Below are positions 48,276 to 58,994 of a stretch of DNA of 64,000 nucleotides, piece by piece (positions within the stretch are counted from its first letter, which is position 1; every line of letters begins with the position of its first letter). A model generated the notes under the pieces. That model searched no databases. It was not told the origin of the DNA and saw only the letters and a list, made by a program, of their open reading frames with translations. Source of the DNA: Candidatus Hydrogenedentota bacterium (GTDB taxonomy: Bacteria; Hydrogenedentota; Hydrogenedentia; Hydrogenedentales; SLHB01); the NCBI GenBank assembly GCA_045863335.1, contig BTVY01000001.1, forward strand, positions 32,001 to 96,000, given 5' to 3'. A program made the translations under genes and the position numbers.

Positions 48276-49889
48276 TTAATGATCGGTGCAACCCGCGCCG
48301 AGCCGGGCCTTCAATAACTCCGATTTGACCAGATAACTTTCCGACACGACGATCTCGTCTTCCGGCCGAAGTCCCGCGAGAACCATGACTTGCCCCTCGG
48401 TGTTCGGACCGAGTTGGACGACGCGGCTTTCGAACAGGTCATCCTCCAACTTGGTGAAAATTACCGATCGCCCATCGATGTTCTGCACGGCGCCCTTGGG
48501 CACGGTCAACCCGGCGAGCTGTTCCGTCGCCGCAAGTTTGACCGTCGCGAACATGCCGTGGCGCAGCCGCTCGCCATCGTTGGGAAGCACAGCGCGCGCC
48601 TCCACCTTGCGCGTATCGAGGTTGACGTCAAAGGCGACCCACGTCAATTCGCCCTCGAAGACATCGCTTGGAAACGCTTCGACGCGCGCGGCAACCGGCA
48701 TACCTTGTTGAAGCGTGCCGAGGTGACTTTCCGGAATGGATAGTTCCAGCCACATGGAACTCAGGTCAGCCACTTGAAACAGCGCGTCGCCCATCTCCAC
48801 GGCAGATCCCGCGACCGCGTCCCGTTTGACAATCGTCCCGTCAAAAGGCGCCCGGACGGGCATGACCGACGTTGTCGATCCCGACTGCGCCACTTCGGAA
48901 ACCTCGGCCTCCGTGAAACCGAGATTCATGAGCTGTTGCCGCGCCTGTTGCGTGTCGCTGCGGCTGGCGCCGTAGGCCGCCTTCGCGGAATCCAGATCTT
49001 GTTGGGGAGAGATCTCGCGCGATACGAGATCCTTCTCTCGCGTGTACGTTTGCCGGTGGAGTTCTTCCTGGGCTAACGCGCTGACCAAAGCACTCTTCGC
49101 CTGGGCGATAGCGGGCGAATTGATTCGAGCGATGACCTGACCGGCCTCCACGCGATCGCCCACGTCCACCAGTACGCTCTCCAGCACGCCGCCCGCGAGC
49201 GGAGTCACCATGGCCAACTTGTTGCGGTCAAAGGTGACGCGTCCGACCACTTCCAGCGTGTCAAACATGGCCGACGAACCCGGACGCCCCACCTCCACCC
49301 CGGCTTTGTCGACCGAGGTGTTGGACACGAACCGAACCTTCATCCCCTGACCGGGCTCCAGGCCACCCACCAGTTCAGGATGGCACAGCCCGCATTCGGA
49401 TTCCGCCAGGTCATGCTCGGTGCACCATAGGCCTGCAGTATCCCCGCCGTGAGAATGACCGTCGTGTTCCTTCTCACCAGCCAGTTCCGGATGGCAAATC
49501 GTACATTCGTCTTCGTACACGCCATGCTCGTTGCACCACAGCCGGTTCGGATCGCGCTCTTCGGAGGTCTTCTCTGCAATCTCCGGATGGCAAATCACGC
49601 ACTCGTCTTCGTACACGCCATGCTCGTTGCACCACAGCCGGTTCGGGTCGCGTTCTTCTTGTGCGCTTGCACCCGCGGCGTCATGGTCGTGACCGTGACC
49701 GTCATGATCGTGAACATCATCACCGTGGTCGTGTTGCTCCTGTGGAGAAGCTTGGGCTTCGTCCAAGTTCTGAACGTCACACCCGGAAAAGGTCAGAGCC
49801 GCTGTAGCTATCAATAAAGACAGCATCCAAAACAAAGCTGACTCAGACAGGCGGAATCGCCTTGCAAGAGGTTTACTGTTTCTGTTCAT
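48276..49889 (-). CDS. czcB: CzcB-like RND periplasmic adaptor with His-rich linker and three Cys/His repeats
   Basis: Lipobox FSGC; membrane-fusion core (V.VGD.V..GQ, VRAPFDG, L.HGMF); three WCxEH...ECxxCHPE repeats. Confidence 0.9.
   Translation of the reverse strand: MNRNSKPLARRFRLSESALFWMLSLLIATAALTFSGCDVQNLDEAQASPQEQHDHGDDVHDHDGHGHDHDAAGASAQEERDPNRLWCNEHGVYEDECVICHPEIAEKTSEERDPNRLWCNEHGVYEDECTICHPELAGEKEHDGHSHGGDTAGLWCTEHDLAESECGLCHPELVGGLEPGQGMKVRFVSNTSVDKAGVEVGRPGSSAMFDTLEVVGRVTFDRNKLAMVTPLAGGVLESVLVDVGDRVEAGQVIARINSPAIAQAKSALVSALAQEELHRQTYTREKDLVSREISPQQDLDSAKAAYGASRSDTQQARQQLMNLGFTEAEVSEVAQSGSTTSVMPVRAPFDGTIVKRDAVAGSAVEMGDALFQVADLSSMWLELSIPESHLGTLQQGMPVAARVEAFPSDVFEGELTWVAFDVNLDTRKVEARAVLPNDGERLRHGMFATVKLAATEQLAGLTVPKGAVQNIDGRSVIFTKLEDDLFESRVVQLGPNTEGQVMVLAGLRPEDEIVVSESYLVKSELLKARLGAGCTDH
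49486..49658 (-). repeat. Intragenic tandem duplication (two ~77-bp near-identical units, 96-bp period)
   Basis: 49486-49562 and 49582-49658 both encode EERDPNRLWCNEHGVYEDECxICHPE. Confidence 0.9.
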
Positions 49890-51393
49890 CGGAAATCTCC
49901 TCTGTAACCGGCGCCTGGCCGGTGAGTCGTTCTATATCCACGTTGGCCGTGTGATACCTCGTCAACGCGTCCAACCTCGCAATCTGGGCATCAAACAGCG
50001 TTCGTTGCGCATCCAGCACGTCGAGGTAGCTGAACTTGCCCAGCTCATACCCTTCGCGCGTTTTCTCCACGGTTTCCCGCGCCTTGGCGAGGATTTCGCT
50101 CTCCAGCGACTGCAATTCGTCATACGCGGCTTCTGCGGTTTCGCGGGACTCCACCAACACCGCGTGAACCGCCACCGCGGCCCCCCGGCGCTCTTCCGAC
50201 ACCTTGGATGCCAGCGCTTCCGCTTCTGCGATGTTCCCTTGATTCCGGTCGAAGATGGGGAGCGCCACAGAAACGCCGAACAGCACGCTGTACTCCGCGT
50301 CGCGATCCGAATCGACGTCCGTCTGCGAAAATGAAAGGGCGCCGTCCGTGTCGCCACCGATTTGCGAAACGGACCGGCCCGCGATCCCTTGTCGCTTCAC
50401 GCCGAACACGACTTCCGGATCGGGGATACGCTTAGCGCGTTCCAGGTGAAACCGCGCGTCGCGAACCGACAACTCTGTCGCCCAGCGCGCCAAGTCCGGG
50501 TTCTGCTCGAGACGTTCGATCAGTTGTTCCATTGGCGCCACGGGGGCCACGCCATCAAGGTCGCCCGCGACCTCGGTATACAAGACTTGTGTTCCGCCCC
50601 ATTGGGCCGCGAGTCTCGCTTGCGCGATTCGGAGTTCACGTACCGCGTTGGCCAACGCGATGGCCGTCGTCGACTCCGCGATCTGGGCGCGATTGTTCTC
50701 GAGCGGGGAAACCTGCCCCGCGTCGACGCGCGCCGCCATCGTGCGTGCCACGTCTTCCGCCAGCGCGACCAGATCCCGTTCCTGCTTGATCCGCTCCTGC
50801 GCGACGAGCACGTCAACAAAGGCCCGGGCCGTTTCCGCAATCACGTCGGCCCGCGCGGCTTCGTAGTCCCATTGCACAAGTTGCTTCTCTTCTTCGGCGA
50901 GGGCAACGCGTTTCGCGCGTTTCCCGCCCAGCTCGATCACCTGCGAGATGCTCAGCGTAATCTCGGTTTCCGCGAACCCGGACGGTCCGCCCGACTCCTG
51001 CTCCAATTCGCCGCCGAACACAGGCTCCACGCGCGGGAATGTGAGTTCCAGCGGTTCCGCCTGCCCGTTCGTCGGGACCGTTACCGTGCGCTCGCCGAGG
51101 CTCCCGCCGAGGGTCCGCGTCCGTGACGTGGCGCCGGGCCCCGAGTTGAGCCGGATGTCCTCGATCTCGAATTCGAGTTCCGGGTTAGGCCGCAGGCTTG
51201 CCTGCAACACGCGCGCATCCGCCGCGCGCAGGTCCCAATCAAACGCCGCGAGCTTAGGACTCCCTTGCAGCGCCGCGTGGATTGCACTCTCCAGCGTAAG
51301 CGTGCCGCTAGGCTCCGTGAATGCTTCCTGCCCCTGCGCGATTAGCGCTGCGAAGAGAAAGCCGAGTACCCCCCGAAGGGGTTGGAAAGACAT
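49873..51393 (-). CDS. czcC: TolC/CzcC family outer membrane efflux protein
   Basis: PNPELE, SQ.IELGGKR, LPIFDRNQG.I, Y..GK...L.VLDAQR. Confidence 0.92.
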   Translation of the reverse strand: MSFQPLRGVLGFLFAALIAQGQEAFTEPSGTLTLESAIHAALQGSPKLAAFDWDLRAADARVLQASLRPNPELEFEIEDIRLNSGPGATSRTRTLGGSLGERTVTVPTNGQAEPLELTFPRVEPVFGGELEQESGGPSGFAETEITLSISQVIELGGKRAKRVALAEEEKQLVQWDYEAARADVIAETARAFVDVLVAQERIKQERDLVALAEDVARTMAARVDAGQVSPLENNRAQIAESTTAIALANAVRELRIAQARLAAQWGGTQVLYTEVAGDLDGVAPVAPMEQLIERLEQNPDLARWATELSVRDARFHLERAKRIPDPEVVFGVKRQGIAGRSVSQIGGDTDGALSFSQTDVDSDRDAEYSVLFGVSVALPIFDRNQGNIAEAEALASKVSEERRGAAVAVHAVLVESRETAEAAYDELQSLESEILAKARETVEKTREGYELGKFSYLDVLDAQRTLFDAQIARLDALTRYHTANVDIERLTGQAPVTEEISDEQKQ

Positions 51394-51468
51394 GATCGAA
51401 ACTCCTCGAATGCACCCGAAGGTGCAGAACACCCGTAATGGACTTACTGGGAACGTCGAGAAGTTCGA

Positions 51469-51927
51469 TCAGATGAGAAGAACAGTGGAACGGGAGTGCA
51501 GGATCTCGAAAGGCAAGATAGGCAAATCTACTGCGACGACACGTGCCGAGGCGGCGAAGATTTCACCTCCAGCCACACATGGTAGATCGGCCGTTACGCT
51601 ATGCGATGGTGGCGGTGCCGAAGTCTTAACAGGGACGAGCAGCGGCTTGCCGGAATAGAGCAGCAACGGAACATCCACACAAGGATGCTCCTCGTTCGCG
51701 TCCGCGCATACAAGCAGGTCGCCGGCATTGGCCGCGTCCATGGCGAAATCATCGGGACAGCAGTCCAGCGGTTGGCAGGTCGTTTCCAGGCTCACGTGCC
51801 CGTCGTGGCACACGCACAGAACAAGCCCTCCCGCCCACGCCGGACCGCCCGTGAGAAACATCACACACGCCAGCGCCGCGAGGCACAGGGTTCGCCTTCC
51901 ACTATTTCGACCGATGTAAACCATCAC
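51469..51927 (-). CDS. CzcI/DUF2946-like Cys/His-rich exported protein leading the efflux operon
   Basis: Signal peptide, LC.C.DGH, CC, C.D.P and C-terminal RSTVLLI; position upstream of czcC. Confidence 0.6.
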   Translation of the reverse strand: MMVYIGRNSGRRTLCLAALACVMFLTGGPAWAGGLVLCVCHDGHVSLETTCQPLDCCPDDFAMDAANAGDLLVCADANEEHPCVDVPLLLYSGKPLLVPVKTSAPPPSHSVTADLPCVAGGEIFAASARVVAVDLPILPFEILHSRSTVLLI

Positions 51928-51992
51928 AACCGTTATTGTACAGAAACCCGCCGGAACTGTCTACACCAAGTCCAACAGCATCAAATGTTTCT

Positions 51993-54074
51993 CTATTCCC
52001 CGCGCTCCACGTTCACCGGCCAGGTTACGCGGTCCGGAGACTCGTAGAGTCCAATCTTCTCCACCGGAATCGGCTTAAACCCCATGGCGAAGGCGGGCGA
52101 ATCCTCATTCAAACGGAAGTCCTGCTGCGCCGCGTTCACGAAGTGCGGGTCTTCCTGGATGAGATTATTCTCGATCGTCTGGTACGGCCGCGCCTTGTCC
52201 TCGACCTCGTCCCAGGTGCCGCCCCAACAGATGTTGCGCGTAATGATATTGCCCTCGGGCGCTTTCGGCTCGCCTTCCATGATGCGCAGCAAGGCGGGAT
52301 ACCGGGTACTGTACGGCGGTTTCTTGTAATCGATTCCGGAGATGGTCCCCTTCTCCTTCTCTTCCGCGATCCATTCGTCCGCATGGCCGTTCGCCCAACC
52401 CAGGGCGCGCGCATCGATGTGCAAGGCCGGCTTGCAGTCCACGAAGATGTTGTTCGCCACCGTGCAATCGCGACCGCCGCCGATGAACGCCGCGCGCGTC
52501 ACCTTGTAGAACACGTTGCTCACGATGTCAGCGGAAGAGAACATGTCGTCGAGGTAGACGCCCACGCAGCCCTTGTCCTGGAACCCGCTGATGTGGTGGA
52601 GATAATTGTTCTGGATGAGGTTGCCGCGCATGGTCCAGTTACGGCCCGTGTAGATTGCTCCCGCGTCGTTGGACTCGTAACACACGTTGAAGATCTCGTT
52701 GAACTCGATGAGATGATCGTTTCCGCCAAAGCCCATCCCCATGTGCGGCGCGTCGTGAATGAGGTTGTGCGTCGCCTTGTTGCCCACGCCCTGCAGTGTG
52801 ATGCCGGGGTTGTACATACGGTTGATCCGGCTGTACTCGTAGATGTGATTGTTGTCCGCGTAGTGGTCGCCTCGCGCCAGGGTGTTCCGGTCGCCTCCGC
52901 TCAACGAGATCCCGCCTCCGCCGGTCTGGTAGATGTCGCAGCCGACGACCCCGTGTTCGGTACCGCCCCCGACGCTCACCGCCCAGCCGCCGAGATTCCG
53001 AATCGTGCACGCCTCGACGCGGTTCCTCGTGCCGTCCGAAATGCGAATCGCCGTGTCGCGGCCCGTTTCCAGTGTGAACCCGCGCAGGGTCACATACGAC
53101 GCGCCTTCCAACTGGAACAGCGTAGGCACGATGGTGACCACCACGTCGCCGTCGGCAATCGGTTCCGGAGGCCAGAAGTACAACACACCCGTCTCGCGAT
53201 CGAGGTACCATTCGCCAGGCGAATCGAGTTCGATGAGGAGGTTATACCCGTAGAACCATTGGCCCTTGCGGTAGCCGTAGCCGTGGTACGGCTCGGCCAC
53301 GTCGATCTCATGCTTCTCCACGTCGATTGCCGCGATCTGCTGCCGCTGATCGGACCAGTCCCAGAACCAGTAACCATGCACCCACGGGTCCTTCTCGCCC
53401 ACCCACCGCGCCGGCCGGTCGCCCTCGTAAATGAACTTGCCCACTGTACTGCCGGGTATGCCGTGGATTTTGTGCCCGTCGTCCACGACGAGATCGGCGA
53501 TGTGCGTGAACTCATCGTTCGGCCAACGCGACAACGTCATCGGCTGGTCGCGGAAGAAAACCTCCATCCCGCCGCCCGCGGGCGAGCCGAAGTCTTCGAT
53601 CCCCATGGCACGCAGGTCCGCCTTGACCGCATGCTCCCGCGCCGACGGATCGAGCCGTTCCAGTTCTGCCGCATCCGTCACCGGCGCAAACGCGTTCACC
53701 ACGCGCCCGCCGCTGATCCGCACCGCTTCGCCCTCTGCCGCGACGTACGTCACGCGCGCCTGCTCCGTGCCGGAATCCTCGCCGCTGAGAACCAGCGCCT
53801 CGCCAAACTCATACCGCCCCCCATGCACGACAACCCGAACGCCGTCCTCCGGTAGTCCCGCGTCGGCCTTCATCCGCCGCACCGCGTCCCGCGCCCGCAC
53901 CAGCGTCGCAAACGGCCCATCCGTCCCCTCCGCATTCGGAGCCGCGAGCGTCCCCGACCAGGCATCGTTTCCGGCTTGGGATACGTGAATCGCGCTATCC
54001 TGCGCCCAGCTCACAGTCGCTGCGGCAATCAGCGCAGCGCAAACAACGGTTAAATACGGCACACGCGTAATCAT
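51993..54074 (-). CDS. Secreted right-handed parallel beta-helix protein (GH141-like / putative polysaccharide-active)
   Basis: Signal peptide; G.D.WSG...PN....DGPFATL..A, beta-helix repeats, DAGAIY, GVYLDD. Confidence 0.85.
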   Translation of the reverse strand: MITRVPYLTVVCAALIAAATVSWAQDSAIHVSQAGNDAWSGTLAAPNAEGTDGPFATLVRARDAVRRMKADAGLPEDGVRVVVHGGRYEFGEALVLSGEDSGTEQARVTYVAAEGEAVRISGGRVVNAFAPVTDAAELERLDPSAREHAVKADLRAMGIEDFGSPAGGGMEVFFRDQPMTLSRWPNDEFTHIADLVVDDGHKIHGIPGSTVGKFIYEGDRPARWVGEKDPWVHGYWFWDWSDQRQQIAAIDVEKHEIDVAEPYHGYGYRKGQWFYGYNLLIELDSPGEWYLDRETGVLYFWPPEPIADGDVVVTIVPTLFQLEGASYVTLRGFTLETGRDTAIRISDGTRNRVEACTIRNLGGWAVSVGGGTEHGVVGCDIYQTGGGGISLSGGDRNTLARGDHYADNNHIYEYSRINRMYNPGITLQGVGNKATHNLIHDAPHMGMGFGGNDHLIEFNEIFNVCYESNDAGAIYTGRNWTMRGNLIQNNYLHHISGFQDKGCVGVYLDDMFSSADIVSNVFYKVTRAAFIGGGRDCTVANNIFVDCKPALHIDARALGWANGHADEWIAEEKEKGTISGIDYKKPPYSTRYPALLRIMEGEPKAPEGNIITRNICWGGTWDEVEDKARPYQTIENNLIQEDPHFVNAAQQDFRLNEDSPAFAMGFKPIPVEKIGLYESPDRVTWPVNVERGE

Positions 54075-54173
54075 GGTATTCTTACTCCCCGATGTTCCCC
54101 CGCAAGAACGGGCTATCAGTCACCGCATTATGCCAACACGGACCGGTTGAAGAAAATGGGAGGACTCGTTGAG

Positions 54174-56615
54174 ATGAGCCGATGGATCATGGCGCTAGTC
54201 GCAACAGGGGTATTGGCCGCGCAGGAAATTCCGCAAGCGGAAAATCGTTCGGCCTCCCTGTGGTACACGCAACCCGCAGCGGTGTGGACCGAGGCCTTGC
54301 CCGTGGGCAACGGCCGCCTCGGCGCGATGGTCTTCGGCGGGGTGGCCCGGGAACGCATTCAGCTCAACGAAGACAGCCTGTGGTCGGGCGGGCCGCAGTT
54401 TGCCGACAATCCGGACGCGCTGAAGCATCTCGCTGAAGTCCGCGCATTGTTGCTCGAAGGCAAGTACGCAGAAGCGGAAGCGCTCACGTACGAGACGCTC
54501 GTCTGCCAGGGCGCGGGGTCGGGCCGGGGAAACGGCGCGTATGTACCCTTCGGTTCGTACCAGACGCTCGGCGATATTCTTCTCGACTTCGGTGCCGATC
54601 CGACTGCGGTCGAGTCGTACGTCCGTACGCTGGACCTGGACACCGCGATTGCATCGGTCCAATACCAGCTTGGCGAGACCACCTACACCCGCGAGATCTT
54701 CAGCAGCGCACCGGATCAGTCGCTCGTGATGCGGATTACCGCCGACGCGCCGGGCGCCGTATCCTTTCGCGCCAGTCTCGACCGTGACCCGCGTCGTAGC
54801 TCGCGCCGCTGGAAGAACGACTCCCGCATCGAGCCTTTCGAGCAATCCGAAGAAACGGAGCCGGCCAACTTCGCGCGCGTTGAGAATGGCACGACCCTCG
54901 TCCTGACGGGCCGTGCCTGGATGGGCAAGGGGATGCGCTACGAAGCGCGCCTCCTGATTCGTCCCGAAGGCGGTCACCTCGAATCGAGCGATGGCATCAT
55001 CACCGTTCGCGACGCGGACGCAGTCACGATGCTTCTCGTCGCCGCGACGGACTACGCCGGCAACGACCCAACAGCCACGTGCGAACGGCAGGTGGCTCAG
55101 GTTGCCAACAAGGACTATGCCGGCCTTCGCGCCGCCCACCTGCGCGATTACCAAAACCTGTACAACCGCGTCAGCATCGACCTCGGCGGCGAAACGGCCG
55201 CCGCAGCGCAACCCACGGACGCCCGCATCGCCGCCGTCCAATCCGGCGCCGACGATCCGGCGCTGGCCGCGCTCTATTTTCAGTACGGCCGCTACCTGCT
55301 CATCTCCAGTTCGCGCCCCGGCGACCTGCCCGCGAACCTGCAAGGAATCTGGTGCGATCATTTCCAGGCGCCGTGGAACGCCGATTACCACCACAACATC
55401 AACGACCAGATGAACTATTGGCCCGCGGAGGTCACGAATCTTGCGGAATGCCACGAGCCATTTCTTGAATACATTGCGTCGCTCCAGACACCCGGCAGCC
55501 GCACGGCACGCATTCACTACGACGCCGGTGGTTGGGTGGTCCATACCATCTCCAACATCTGGGGATTCACCTCCCCCGGCGAGCACCCGTCCTGGGGACA
55601 GTTCATGGCCGCAAGCGGGTGGCTCTGCCAGCATCTCTGGGAACACTACGCCTACAACGGCGACGGCGACTACCTCGCGTCGGTGTATCCCGTCATGAAA
55701 GGCGCGGCGGAGTTCTATCTGGACACCCTGATCGAAGAACCGGACCACGGCTGGCTCGTCACCGCGCCGTCCAACTCGCCGGAGAACAAGTTCCGCACCG
55801 CCGACGGCGTGGAAGCGAACGTCTGCATGGGGCCTTCCATGGATCTGGAAATCCTGCACGATCTCTTCTCGAACTGCATCGAAGCCAGCGAGATTCTCGA
55901 TACCGATGAAGATTTCCGCGCGACACTAATCGACACACGCTCGCGCCTCGCGCCGCTCCAGATCGGAAAACACGGTCAGCTTCAGGAATGGCTCTACGAC
56001 TTCGACGAGCCTGAACCGGGCCACCGTCACATGTCCCACCTCTTTGCCCTGCACCCCGGCAGCCAGATCACCCGCACCGGCACCCCCGAACTCGCGCAGG
56101 CCGCCGAGGTCTCGCTGCGACGCCGACTCGAAAGCGGCGGAGGCCACACGGGCTGGAGCCGCGCGTGGATTGTCAGCTTCTGGGCGCGCCTCGGCAACGG
56201 CGACGAAGCCCGCGAAAACCTGAACGCCCTGCTGGCAAAGTCCACCCTGCCGAACCTCTTCGACAACCACGCCCCCTTCCAGATCGACGGCAACTTCGGC
56301 GGCACCGCCGGCGTCGCGGAGATGCTGCTGCAAAGCCATGACGGCGCAATTGCATTACTGCCGGCCTTACCCGCAGCGTGGCCGAACGGCCACGTCGCTG
56401 GTCTCCGCGCCCGCGGTGGGTTCACAGTCGACGTTGGCTGGAATGGAGGACAATTGACTGAAGCGACCATCGTTGCCGATCGCGATGGGCCTTGCTTGGT
56501 TCGGCTAGACAACCCATTGCGTGTGTTTCAAGAAGAGCGGGAAGTAGCCGTCTTGGAGCCCGGCATTGCAGTCTTCGAAGCGCGGCGCGCTGTGTCGTAC
56601 ACGCTCCGGCCATAG
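54174..56615 (+). CDS. GH95 alpha-L-fucosidase
   Basis: [62 protein letters not shown]. Confidence 0.95.
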   Translation: MSRWIMALVATGVLAAQEIPQAENRSASLWYTQPAAVWTEALPVGNGRLGAMVFGGVARERIQLNEDSLWSGGPQFADNPDALKHLAEVRALLLEGKYAEAEALTYETLVCQGAGSGRGNGAYVPFGSYQTLGDILLDFGADPTAVESYVRTLDLDTAIASVQYQLGETTYTREIFSSAPDQSLVMRITADAPGAVSFRASLDRDPRRSSRRWKNDSRIEPFEQSEETEPANFARVENGTTLVLTGRAWMGKGMRYEARLLIRPEGGHLESSDGIITVRDADAVTMLLVAATDYAGNDPTATCERQVAQVANKDYAGLRAAHLRDYQNLYNRVSIDLGGETAAAAQPTDARIAAVQSGADDPALAALYFQYGRYLLISSSRPGDLPANLQGIWCDHFQAPWNADYHHNINDQMNYWPAEVTNLAECHEPFLEYIASLQTPGSRTARIHYDAGGWVVHTISNIWGFTSPGEHPSWGQFMAASGWLCQHLWEHYAYNGDGDYLASVYPVMKGAAEFYLDTLIEEPDHGWLVTAPSNSPENKFRTADGVEANVCMGPSMDLEILHDLFSNCIEASEILDTDEDFRATLIDTRSRLAPLQIGKHGQLQEWLYDFDEPEPGHRHMSHLFALHPGSQITRTGTPELAQAAEVSLRRRLESGGGHTGWSRAWIVSFWARLGNGDEARENLNALLAKSTLPNLFDNHAPFQIDGNFGGTAGVAEMLLQSHDGAIALLPALPAAWPNGHVAGLRARGGFTVDVGWNGGQLTEATIVADRDGPCLVRLDNPLRVFQEEREVAVLEPGIAVFEARRAVSYTLRP

Positions 56616-56661
56616 AATCATGCATACCCGCGGTCGAATTTCCCCAATTCTGGAGCTGGAA

Positions 56662-57750
56662 ATGCAGATCAAAGTACCACTGACTTTCTTAATAGCGATA
56701 ACCGCAGTGTCGGCGACGGCGCAATCGCCACAATCGTCGAACCTGCCCGACCCGCTGCGCTTCGAAGACGGCACCCCGGTCGAGACACCGCAACAGTGGG
56801 AGAAGCGGCGCGATGAGATAATCGCTCTCCTGTTGACGATCGAATATGGCCACATACCGCCCGCGCCTGACTCGATTCGTGCAGAATCGGAGTCGGCCGA
56901 GCGTGTCGAGGACGTTGGCGCGACGTTGCATCGCGCGAATCTCATGTTGGGGCCGCACCAAGACGTGCCGATGCAGGTGGGTTACTACGTGCCGGAGCGC
57001 GGCGAGGCGCCGTTCCCGGTTGTACTCGCGGTCGAGCCCGTATGGGAAGAACATCTGCGTCCGGTCGCCAAGCTGTTTGCCTATGCGGGCTACGTTTTCG
57101 CCGGGTATCAACGCCACGACCTCGACCAGGACAACGCCGACCGCTCTGACGGGGTTCACCCTAAGTATCCCGACTACGACTGGGCATCCCTCGCGGTCTG
57201 GGCCTGGGGCGCGATGCGGGTCGTGGACTTTCTGGAAACGGTGGAGTCCGCGGATGTCGGCAGGCTTGCGATCACCGGGCACTCCCGTGCGGGGAAAGTC
57301 GCTCTTCTTGCCGGTGCGCTCGACACGCGAATCGCGCTGACGGTCCCCCACGCTTCGGGCGCGGGGGGCGCGGGTTCGTTCCGCATCACAGAAAAGGGAG
57401 TCGAGACGCTCGAACTCATCACCGAGCCGGAGCGATTCCACTACTGGTTCCATCCCAATCTCGCGAAATTCGCGGGACGAGTGGACGAATTGCCTTTCGA
57501 TCAGCATTTTCTGCGCGCGCTCGTGGCGCCCCGGGTCGTATTGAGCGTTGACGGTCTCGAGGACCAGTGGGCCAACCCGGCCGGTACCCGCGCGATGCGT
57601 GACGCGGCGCAACCGGTGTTCGACTTCCTGGGCGTCCCGGAGAATAACCGGGCCCATTTCCGGCCGGGTGGACACGACACCACCATGGAAGACTGGGACG
57701 TACTCCTGACGGTTGCCAACGAAATCCTGAAGGACCAATCGCCCAGGTAG
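56662..57750 (+). CDS. CE15 (glucuronoyl esterase-like) alpha/beta hydrolase
   Basis: LPDPL, WAWG..R..D, GHSRAGK, SG.GG, LPFDQH...ALVAPR, D.WANP.G, GGH. Confidence 0.85.
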   Translation: MQIKVPLTFLIAITAVSATAQSPQSSNLPDPLRFEDGTPVETPQQWEKRRDEIIALLLTIEYGHIPPAPDSIRAESESAERVEDVGATLHRANLMLGPHQDVPMQVGYYVPERGEAPFPVVLAVEPVWEEHLRPVAKLFAYAGYVFAGYQRHDLDQDNADRSDGVHPKYPDYDWASLAVWAWGAMRVVDFLETVESADVGRLAITGHSRAGKVALLAGALDTRIALTVPHASGAGGAGSFRITEKGVETLELITEPERFHYWFHPNLAKFAGRVDELPFDQHFLRALVAPRVVLSVDGLEDQWANPAGTRAMRDAAQPVFDFLGVPENNRAHFRPGGHDTTMEDWDVLLTVANEILKDQSPR

Positions 57751-57794
57751 TTTCCATCCCCGGATTGGTCGAGCCCCGCGTCGCTGGGGCACAG

Positions 57795-57837
57795 AAAAAG
57801 GACGATGGCAGATTCCTCTCGGAACCTGCCACCGCCC
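57795..57837 (-). terminator. Rho-independent terminator of the PEP-CTERM gene
   Basis: Minus strand GGCGGTGGCAGGTTCC-GAGA-GGAATCTGCCATCGTCC followed by TTTTT. Confidence 0.75.
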
Positions 57838-57878
57838 AGTTGAACGAGTCGGTCTACATAGGACCCTCTTGCGAGGGG

Positions 57879-58646
57879 CTAGGCCAAACGATTCTTCCGG
57901 AACTTCCGCACGGCAAGACCGGCGAGGCCAAGGCCAAGCAGCGCCATGGAGGAAGGTTCGGGGATCACGGTCCGGTTCAGCGTGAACTGAATCAGGATGT
58001 CGTTGTAATCCTGGTCACCGATATCTTCGTTGCCTGCGAAGTAGGTGAAGGGAAGATCTTCCCACGTCAACACGTAGGTGTCGGTCATGCCAGGAACGGC
58101 CCACAACAGGACGTGCACTTCATCCGTACCCGTCGAGAACTGGCCGTTGTTCTGCTCTTTCTGGGAGTACCACTCGAAGGTAAACGGCGAGGTCGGATCC
58201 TTCGCCTTGTCCAGGAAACCAATCTCACCCAAGCCGGACACGTTCACGTTCACGGCCGGTTCCGACAATGCACCCTGGCCGCTATTCGGGCCGGTGTTGT
58301 CAATCGGACCCACGATGTGCGTAAGCGGGGCCGGTTTCCCGATGTTGTCGACGTCGCTATACAAGTAAATGTCGTCTTCCAGGTAGGACTGGCGATACAC
58401 CGCCTCAAACGTAATGGATTCCACATCCGGGTCCAGAACGAAGGTCTGGAAGTCCATGACCTGCAACGCCAGGAACGCGGCGTCGTTGTTGCCGGTGTAT
58501 GCAGTCCCATACAGCTCGTTGAAGATTTCGTACAACTCTTTTTCACCAACCGGGTTTGGCGTCCCCGGAACGATGGTCGCTGCGAACGCCGTAGTAGACA
58601 CGAACGCCACGAGCGCCAACGCAATCAACGCTCTCCTCAGTTTCAT
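57879..58646 (-). CDS. PEP-CTERM sorting-domain surface protein (DUF4114-like WED...D.DYND motif)
   Basis: Signal peptide; C-terminal IPEPSSMALLGLGLAGLAVRKFRK; RBS AAGGAG. Confidence 0.93.
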   Translation of the reverse strand: MKLRRALIALALVAFVSTTAFAATIVPGTPNPVGEKELYEIFNELYGTAYTGNNDAAFLALQVMDFQTFVLDPDVESITFEAVYRQSYLEDDIYLYSDVDNIGKPAPLTHIVGPIDNTGPNSGQGALSEPAVNVNVSGLGEIGFLDKAKDPTSPFTFEWYSQKEQNNGQFSTGTDEVHVLLWAVPGMTDTYVLTWEDLPFTYFAGNEDIGDQDYNDILIQFTLNRTVIPEPSSMALLGLGLAGLAVRKFRKNRLA

Positions 58647-58797
58647 TGCTCGGTTTCTCCTTTAAGTTCCTATAGTCGCAGCCTAGCCACACACGCATTA
58701 TCAATCTACTTCTGACACCCGATGACCCGTACCGGCCACCAGTCCAAAACCTGATCGCTATTGGTCTTGGTCAACCCTTGCGTCGGTGTTCATAGAG

Positions 58798-58815
58798 AGC
58801 ACATTCCGTGCCAAA
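58798..58815 (-). promoter_or_regulatory. Sigma54 -24/-12 promoter of the PEP-CTERM gene
   Basis: Minus strand TTTGGCACGGAATGTGCT, with GG and GC at the correct spacing, in an AT-rich intergenic region. Confidence 0.75.
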
Positions 58816-58994
58816 GCTCACACTTACTACGTAACTTTCTTTATAATAAGCCTTTACAAACATGCGACGGATCAGTATCCCTGATCAATCCATGCCTTTC
58901 CGATCATTAAGTTTGTCACAAGAGAGGAATTATTACTCCAGGAAGGTAAACTAATGATGTTATTCAAACATCTTCTTCGCTCCGCTGAGCGGAA

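Noticed and set aside
51993-57750. Beta-helix, GH95 and CE15 genes as a novel system
   Set aside because: An ordinary cluster of secreted polysaccharide-degrading enzymes, with no transporter, regulator or unusual architecture
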